A DNA stretch of 64,000 nucleotides. Origin: a virus (lineage: Duplodnaviria; Heunggongvirae; Uroviricota; Caudoviricetes). The notes under the pieces were generated by a model, which searched no databases, had not been told where the DNA came from, and was given only the letters and a program-made list of their open reading frames with translations. How positions within the stretch are numbered: position 1 is the stretch's first letter; each line of letters begins with the position of its first letter. Below are positions 58,308 to 64,000 of the stretch, one piece after another. Where the stretch lies: IMG/VR virus record IMGVR_UViG_3300044618_002782, positions 64,001-128,000 of that record. One strand, written 5' to 3'. The translations under genes were made by a program, and so were the position numbers.

Positions 58308-58919
58308 ATGAAAACATTTGCACAATACCTGACAGAAAGCGAAAAAACCTTTGATTATCGTATCAAAATCTGCGGAGATGTTGGGGCTGACCTCTTAAAG
58401 ATGTTTAAGGAAAAACTTAAAAAGTTTGATCCTGTAAAGATTTCAGATCCAAAGACCACACCTGTACAGGCCAAGCCTGTAGACTTTCCCGGACAAACTA
58501 ATCAACGAGTGACCATGATTGATGGCAGTTTTAGATACCCAGCAACGCCTCCGCAGATTCAACAGATGGCAGAGCTTTGCGGAGTACCTGCTACTGATAT
58601 TTGTATCAATGACTTGCATTGGTCAGAAGGAATGGATCAAGAGTTACTGGGCATTGAAGAAGAAAATTCTCCTTCCTTGCTGGAAAAAGATTACCCAGCT
58701 AACTCAGCAGAACAGAACAAGCTCAAGAAAGAATACGCCGACAGCAATCAGCAGATAGTAAAAAACTCAGCTGAAAAAGCCACATGGACTGTAGCTGGCG
58801 GCCGTACTCCACCAGCTGTCACAACAAACGATTTGCCACAGGGCGTCAAGAGTCCTATGTCAACAATAAAACGTCCACCACGTCCAGCCACTGGATTTAA
58901 ATCTCAAGGAAAAAAGTAA
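58308..58919 (+). CDS. Putative internal head protein with a capsid-targeting-like leader
   Basis: Starts MKTFAQYLTE (T4 IPII/IPIII leader is MKTYQEFIAE); late promoter at 58284-58289. Confidence 0.5.
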   Translation: MKTFAQYLTESEKTFDYRIKICGDVGADLLKMFKEKLKKFDPVKISDPKTTPVQAKPVDFPGQTNQRVTMIDGSFRYPATPPQIQQMAELCGVPATDICINDLHWSEGMDQELLGIEEENSPSLLEKDYPANSAEQNKLKKEYADSNQQIVKNSAEKATWTVAGGRTPPAVTTNDLPQGVKSPMSTIKRPPRPATGFKSQGKK

Positions 58920-61711
58920 TGGATATCTATCAAATCATGGCTCGACTTGACGCCATTGGCTCAAAGAAAAATCTGACAGAAAGTCAGGATATGATGCAAC
59001 CTGTTGCTGAAGGTCGCTTCAAAGAATTAGATATAATTCTGCAGGATTTTCCTGAGGATGTGGAAGAATTTAAACGCAGTGGCGATTTAGGCAGTAGATT
59101 TTATGAGGCCCTGGTTAACCATTATCTGGATTCGGGCGAAATGCCTTATGGCGTAGCTAAAGCACGCACTGGCGATCCGTATGACTGGGTTGTAAATCGG
59201 TTGGCTAGCGAGTTGGGTCTGGACGAAGCATCTGCAAGAAACCGCGGCGATGTTGCTGAAGCCAAGACTTCTAAGCCTGACTTTTTAGATCTTGACAAAG
59301 ATGGCGACAAGAAAGAGCCAATGAAAAAGGCAGTTGCTGATAAGAAAAAAGGTGCAGTTAAAGAAAGCGAACAGAATATGAGTCGCGCTGCCAAAGGTTA
59401 TGAAAAATATGGCAAACAAGGTATGCAGGCATTAGCCAAGGCTGGTAAAGAAGGTAAAAGTCTTGATCCCGTCAGAAAAAAATACGACAGGTATGACGAA
59501 TCACTTAGTCAAGATGACTTTGACCAAGCCGCAATTGCCCAGGGCAAACGTGGACGTGATGCTCGTGACAATCCTTCAAAAGCAGTAGCGGCAGCTAAAC
59601 GTAGTCCAGCAGCTCAAGATGCACGTGCCAAACTTGACAAAGTACGTCAATCTGAAATCAAAGTCAAAGAGTCAGCAAAACCAGACTTCTTGGACATGGA
59701 CCAAGATGGCAACAAGAAAGAGTCAATGAAGAAAGCTGTCCAAGACAAGAATCGTGTTAAGAAAGTCGACGAAGCCGGCAAAAATCTATTCCCAGGCACA
59801 CCTGAGTACGAATTGCGTTTTGGCAAAGACGATGCTTCTAGTGCGTTTGATAAGAAAAAGATTTCAACAGGTACAGTGTATAGCCGCAAGCATCACGAAG
59901 AGCCTGAAGCAGCCGACAACGATGATACACCAAAGAAAAAAGGCCGCCCAGTTGGCGCCAAACGACGCCTAGGAGCCAAAGGACCCAGTGTTAACAGTTT
60001 ACTGTTAAAAGGCAAAGGCGGTTTGAAAGAACACGATATCGATATTCAAGATAGAGGTGAATACGATCGCGAAGGCGATATGGCCTTGAATCAAGTGCAC
60101 CAAATTGCAGACGCTGCTCGAGAATTGCATGCTATTTTGGCATCAGACGATAATCTGCCGGAATGGGTACAAAGCAAGATCACCAAGGCCTTGGATTACA
60201 TTGACACAGCCAGAGATTATCTAGGTGCCGAAGGCGAAATGGATCGCGAAGAATTACCTGAAATTGCTCCTATCGTTGGGGCTCTTGCCGGTCGTGCATT
60301 GGCTGGAGCAGCTGGCGCAGGATCAACAGGACAAGCAATTGGGAGCCTAGCTGGAAGAGCAGTTGCAGGTGCAATGAACGGCAACGATGAAGTTGAAGAA
60401 GCTGGATATTCAGCCAAATCAGCTCGTGCAGGTAAAGACATTGGCAAGCCCGGCAAGAACTTTAACAAGATTGCCAAAGGTGCTGCTGAACGTTACGGCA
60501 GCAAGGCTGCTGGTGAACGTGTTGCCGGCGCAGTGTTAAACAAACTGCGTGCCAAGGAAGGCGTTGAAGAAGGACCCGACACCGGAATTGGATCTAAACT
60601 ACCAAAAAGCGACATCGAAACTTTTGGATTACAAAAAGGACGACCATACAAAATCAATCCTCCTCAAGATTTCAAACCAGGTGATAGAAAACGTGCTGTT
60701 CAACAACTTATTCCCACTCAAGACAAGAAAGATCACATTCGCAGTCGATTGGGTAAACATGTAGCTCCTGTATTGCCCGAACAAGATGTCGAAGAAGAAT
60801 CTACTAACAAAAAAGATGTACCGTTTGACGGACCATATCGTAAAAAAGGCGATGACAAAGACCAATTCGGCAACAAGATCAAGCATGTTGCTCGTCATGC
60901 CGCACGCCAAGGTTTAGCAGACATGACCACAGCTGAACTCAAGGCTGAACTCAAGCGCAGAAGTCAAGTAGAAGAAGAGTCTACTGATACTCAAGACCAG
61001 CATGCAGAAAAGGCCGGCAAGAAAGTCACCAAAGATCTTGAGTACGACATGAAGCACAAGGGCAAAGACGATGCCAAGGCAGAAAAGGCCGGTAAGAAAG
61101 TCACCAAAGATATCGAGTATGACGACAAGAAAGACAAAGAAAAGAAAGTCGACGAAACCACAGTGTCGGGTTCAGTAGCTACAGGTGGCGATGCTCCTAA
61201 GAAAAGCAAAGGCGGAATGCAGTTTGGTCAAGGTGTCTACGAAGGCGCTATTGCAGAAAGTTTTGACAAGAAGCTGGGCGGAATACTCACCGAAGGCATG
61301 AGTGTCAATGTCAGCACAGACGATACAGGCAAAAAGAGTATCACGGTCAATGCCACAGATGCTGATGCTGATTCCTTGGGCAACATGCTGAAGATGGCAG
61401 GTTTGTTCTCTAGCGAAGGCTACAGCAGAACATGCGAAAGTTGCCACGGCATACACGAAGCAGGTGCTTGTCAAGCAGAGCAAGTTGCTGAAGAATTGGC
61501 CAACAGCCCTGACGAAGTGTATGCTGACAAAGACTACATGACACAAACACTATCGGGTGGATTAAATGGTCCCAAGACAACAGGTCAAACAACAGGGCCT
61601 GTTGTGAATCGTCAAGATAGTCGTCAAGGTGTAATGGCTGAAGCTGAACGAGTTGTTGAGCAATCAGAATCACGCTTGTGGAATCTTTACAAGCAATACG
61701 AGAAAAAATGA
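58919..61711 (+). CDS. Large modular charged polyprotein-like internal head protein
   Basis: 930 aa with about 18 (V/L)-x-E sites bounding short blocks and two PDFLD(L/M)D(K/Q)DG EF-hand-like repeats. Confidence 0.55.
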   Translation: MDIYQIMARLDAIGSKKNLTESQDMMQPVAEGRFKELDIILQDFPEDVEEFKRSGDLGSRFYEALVNHYLDSGEMPYGVAKARTGDPYDWVVNRLASELGLDEASARNRGDVAEAKTSKPDFLDLDKDGDKKEPMKKAVADKKKGAVKESEQNMSRAAKGYEKYGKQGMQALAKAGKEGKSLDPVRKKYDRYDESLSQDDFDQAAIAQGKRGRDARDNPSKAVAAAKRSPAAQDARAKLDKVRQSEIKVKESAKPDFLDMDQDGNKKESMKKAVQDKNRVKKVDEAGKNLFPGTPEYELRFGKDDASSAFDKKKISTGTVYSRKHHEEPEAADNDDTPKKKGRPVGAKRRLGAKGPSVNSLLLKGKGGLKEHDIDIQDRGEYDREGDMALNQVHQIADAARELHAILASDDNLPEWVQSKITKALDYIDTARDYLGAEGEMDREELPEIAPIVGALAGRALAGAAGAGSTGQAIGSLAGRAVAGAMNGNDEVEEAGYSAKSARAGKDIGKPGKNFNKIAKGAAERYGSKAAGERVAGAVLNKLRAKEGVEEGPDTGIGSKLPKSDIETFGLQKGRPYKINPPQDFKPGDRKRAVQQLIPTQDKKDHIRSRLGKHVAPVLPEQDVEEESTNKKDVPFDGPYRKKGDDKDQFGNKIKHVARHAARQGLADMTTAELKAELKRRSQVEEESTDTQDQHAEKAGKKVTKDLEYDMKHKGKDDAKAEKAGKKVTKDIEYDDKKDKEKKVDETTVSGSVATGGDAPKKSKGGMQFGQGVYEGAIAESFDKKLGGILTEGMSVNVSTDDTGKKSITVNATDADADSLGNMLKMAGLFSSEGYSRTCESCHGIHEAGACQAEQVAEELANSPDEVYADKDYMTQTLSGGLNGPKTTGQTTGPVVNRQDSRQGVMAEAERVVEQSESRLWNLYKQYEKK

Positions 61712-62469
61712 AGAAACTAGCAGATTATATCGCTGAATCCGAATCCCCAGTCGCTGGGGATCGATTTGCTATCAATATTCGAGAAGAATGCCTGATTGAA
61801 TCGCATGTGGTTGATGTGGTTGAAGATGGCATTGTGATCGAAGGCGACGAACGCTTGTTGGCCCTGTTGGAAGAATACGGCTTTCAGCTGGAAACTGTTC
61901 GTCGATACGGTGCTGTGGGTTCCAGTGCAGGAATGGGATTTACCACAGCCGAATCAGATGTCAACGATGCTGGTAGCGACAACAGCGACCGAGAGTTACG
62001 CTTGATCCGCAGCCGTGCCGGACTGGCCGAAACAGCACCCGATCAGCCCGAAACTGATGCTGACCATAACGATCCCTTGGCAGCCAAGGCAGCAAACCTT
62101 GCACCAGTGGGTGCCATTGGATCAGAACTTGATGAAGATGGAGTTGATCCAGTAAACGCACAAGGACAAGATGCAGAAGATCTGCATGGCCAAGCCACAT
62201 CAAGTGTTGCCGGTGCTGTAGACGAAGCTGAATACCAAGGTCGTGAAGTCAAGTTAGGCAAGCCTTTTTTAACACCAGGCGGTCCAAAGAAACGTAGCGT
62301 TTATGTAAAAAATCCTAAAGGCAACATAGTCAAGGTCAACTTTGGCGATCCTAACATGCGTATCAAAAAGTCAAATCCGGCACGTAGGAAAAACTTCAGG
62401 GCCAGACATAACTGTGCCAATCCGGGTCCTCGCACATCGGCTCGTTATTGGTCTTGTAGAGCTTGGTAA
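61708..62469 (+). CDS. Putative internal head protein with a basic C-terminal Cys/His domain
   Basis: ATG 61708 overlaps the upstream TGA; starts MKKLADYIAE; ends KVNFGDPNM...FRARHNC...SARYWSCRAW. Confidence 0.55.
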   Translation: MKKLADYIAESESPVAGDRFAINIREECLIESHVVDVVEDGIVIEGDERLLALLEEYGFQLETVRRYGAVGSSAGMGFTTAESDVNDAGSDNSDRELRLIRSRAGLAETAPDQPETDADHNDPLAAKAANLAPVGAIGSELDEDGVDPVNAQGQDAEDLHGQATSSVAGAVDEAEYQGREVKLGKPFLTPGGPKKRSVYVKNPKGNIVKVNFGDPNMRIKKSNPARRKNFRARHNCANPGPRTSARYWSCRAW

Positions 62470-62488
62470 TAAAAAAAAGGAATCATAA

Positions 62489-62767
62489 ATGCCACAAGCA
62501 AACGTATATACATCAGTATCAGCACAAGCCTGGTTAACAGACAAATGTAAAATTGCCACAGGAAATACGGCTGTGACTTTTAACGTAGATCTCGTCTATC
62601 CAACTGCCACTGGCAATTTGTACGGTAATTCAGTTTCTATTCCTGCAAACTACACACAAACAGTATTTGTGGGTGTAGGTAATAAACTTACTGTAGCCGG
62701 TGCTAACTTTACAGCACAAGAAATTGGAACAACCAGTTCAGGCAGTTACTCAGTACGACAGGTATAA
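62489..62767 (+). CDS. Small beta-rich hypothetical virion protein
   Basis: 92 aa ORF with an AGGA SD. Confidence 0.5.
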   Translation: MPQANVYTSVSAQAWLTDKCKIATGNTAVTFNVDLVYPTATGNLYGNSVSIPANYTQTVFVGVGNKLTVAGANFTAQEIGTTSSGSYSVRQV

Positions 62768-62775
62768 GGTCGCAC

Positions 62776-63159
62776 ATGCGAGCCAGAGAATTTGTTTCTG
62801 CTAGAATAACCGAAACAGCAGATGCCAAGATTTCCCGCAGGCTGCAAGCGGCCACTCGCGGCCTAAATGTCTATAGTGATGCTGAACGCTGGAACGGTGA
62901 TTATGTATTGAGTCGTTTGGGCCAAGCAGTGGCCTCAACAGATGGTACGTTTGTACCTGATATTGATATGAAATCGTGGATAGGTAAAAACAAAAGTACT
63001 CATCCATACACTCCAGAAGAACAAGCCATGCTGAAAATGGCGTACCGGGCCATTGGTGCTGACTATACGGATCTCAACGGCGGCAACATGAACAGTGAAG
63101 AAATGTCAGAAGTCAATCGAGTTAGCCCAGTGCAGGGATTTAAAGGTTATCCCAGATGA
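62776..63159 (+). CDS. Putative internal head protein, paralog A
   Basis: MRAREF... ending SPVQGFKGYPR*. Confidence 0.55.
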   Translation: MRAREFVSARITETADAKISRRLQAATRGLNVYSDAERWNGDYVLSRLGQAVASTDGTFVPDIDMKSWIGKNKSTHPYTPEEQAMLKMAYRAIGADYTDLNGGNMNSEEMSEVNRVSPVQGFKGYPR

Positions 63160-63560
63160 GAGCCAGAGAATTTATTCGCGAACAACGAGATTTACCCCCT
63201 GAAAGCAAAGGACCCATGCGTTACACTTATGTGATCCCAGGGTTGAGTGCTTCCGACCCTTATGGAAACTATCGTATGGGTGTGGCAATGGCACGTGCCA
63301 GAAGCGATTATGCCAACGAACTCAGCAGTGAAAACGAAGGAATTGATCCCTACAAGCCTGAATGGTCTGCTGAAACTGCGTTTGGTGAACATGCTGTTGT
63401 TGTGGGATCTAGCCCGCACATTGCACAATTGATTGACCGTGCTTTGGCAATGACTGGAACACCCGGCGGCAAGCGATTAGTCAGCAGTGCTGACAGTGAC
63501 GAGCCTGCTTTTGTAGCAAACAAAAGTCCTGTTCGGGCCTTTAAAGGATACCCGAGATAA
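63156..63560 (+). CDS. Putative internal head protein, paralog B
   Basis: MRAREF... ending SPVRAFKGYPR*. Confidence 0.55.
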   Translation: MRAREFIREQRDLPPESKGPMRYTYVIPGLSASDPYGNYRMGVAMARARSDYANELSSENEGIDPYKPEWSAETAFGEHAVVVGSSPHIAQLIDRALAMTGTPGGKRLVSSADSDEPAFVANKSPVRAFKGYPR

Positions 63561-64000
63561 TGGCCAATAACCCGCCACCATACGACAATATTACTGGCAT
63601 CTCTCGTGCTGTAATGAAAGACAACGCACAAGAAACCATTGGCGCATACAATGGCGTTGCTAGACCCAGCGAATTAGTAGTCAACCAACTCACACAAGAT
63701 ATCTATGTAGGCAACGTCAATGGAAATCTAAATTTGGTCGCATACGGATCTGGTGTTACCAGCACCACAACATTCAACCCGCAGTTCACTGACGGATCAG
63801 GCACATTTGCTGGCGGTACTACCACAGCATCCTATGTGCGTATGGGTCCGCTGATGTATATACATGTGTATGTGGATTTTACAGGGGTTACCAACTTTGG
63901 CAGCACAGGATATCAGATTACACTGCCCACACCCGCAATAAACACATTTAGACTGGCCGGCGGCAGCCTGCATCAAACAGCCGGTGCTGGTTCTCCTGCC
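63560..64000 (+). CDS. Fibre-like virion protein, runs off the right edge (absent from the ORF track)
   Basis: MANNPPPYDNITGISRAVMKDNAQETIGAYNGVARPSELVVNQLTQDIYVGN...; TAATG coupling; open for 147 codons to the edge; N-terminus homologous to 31774. Confidence 0.75.
   Translation, partial: MANNPPPYDNITGISRAVMKDNAQETIGAYNGVARPSELVVNQLTQDIYVGNVNGNLNLVAYGSGVTSTTTFNPQFTDGSGTFAGGTTTASYVRMGPLMYIHVYVDFTGVTNFGSTGYQITLPTPAINTFRLAGGSLHQTAGAGSPA

Noticed and set aside
1-64000. Stop-codon reassignment, as in some large phages
   Set aside because: Core genes are full length in code 11, and TAA, TAG and TGA all end genes at expected positions.
1-64000. tRNA, rRNA, introns or inteins
   Set aside because: No cloverleaf or T-loop pattern recognised; portal, capsid, gp46, gp47 and sheath are uninterrupted and show no intein motifs. 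A tRNAscan or Infernal run would be needed to exclude atypical ones.

Overview
The window is a 64-kb segment of a large T4-superfamily myovirus (probably a jumbo phage) in the standard genetic code. It holds most of the virion morphogenesis genes. Baseplate: gp6, gp25, gp5, hub, gp53, gp48/54-like, two gp26-like, a tape-measure-like protein. Head: portal gp20, protease gp21, scaffold gp22, major capsid gp23. Neck and tail: gp13/14/15, sheath gp18, tube gp19, head completion gp4, probable small terminase. Fibres include a roughly 1,080-residue collagen. It also carries the late sigma factor gp55, gp47/gp46, dNMP kinase, an exonuclease, three radical SAM enzymes and three freestanding homing endonucleases. 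All family assignments are by motif recognition and gene order, not database searches. The most notable unexplained signals are: (1) an apparent cassette-built polyprotein (33573-35336) whose 55-125 aa modules are separated by GVAE-type prohead-protease-like sites encoded by a recurring 13-nt DNA word, GGTGTGGCGGAAG; it comes with a second polyprotein and several proteins carrying T4 capsid-targeting-like leaders or a scaffold-like LAGL motif, suggesting a modular capsid-cargo system; (2) a roughly 400-nt densely structured non-coding region directly behind a GIY-YIG gene, followed by origin-like mini-hairpins; (3) an unannotated, probably programmed -1 frameshift (T TTT TTC) fusing a gp26-like protein to a gp51-like ORF; (4) a phage ATE/Bpt-like aminoacyl-transferase cluster; (5) pervasive leaderless transcripts and non-AUG starts. 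No tRNA, rRNA, CRISPR array, intron or intein was recognised.
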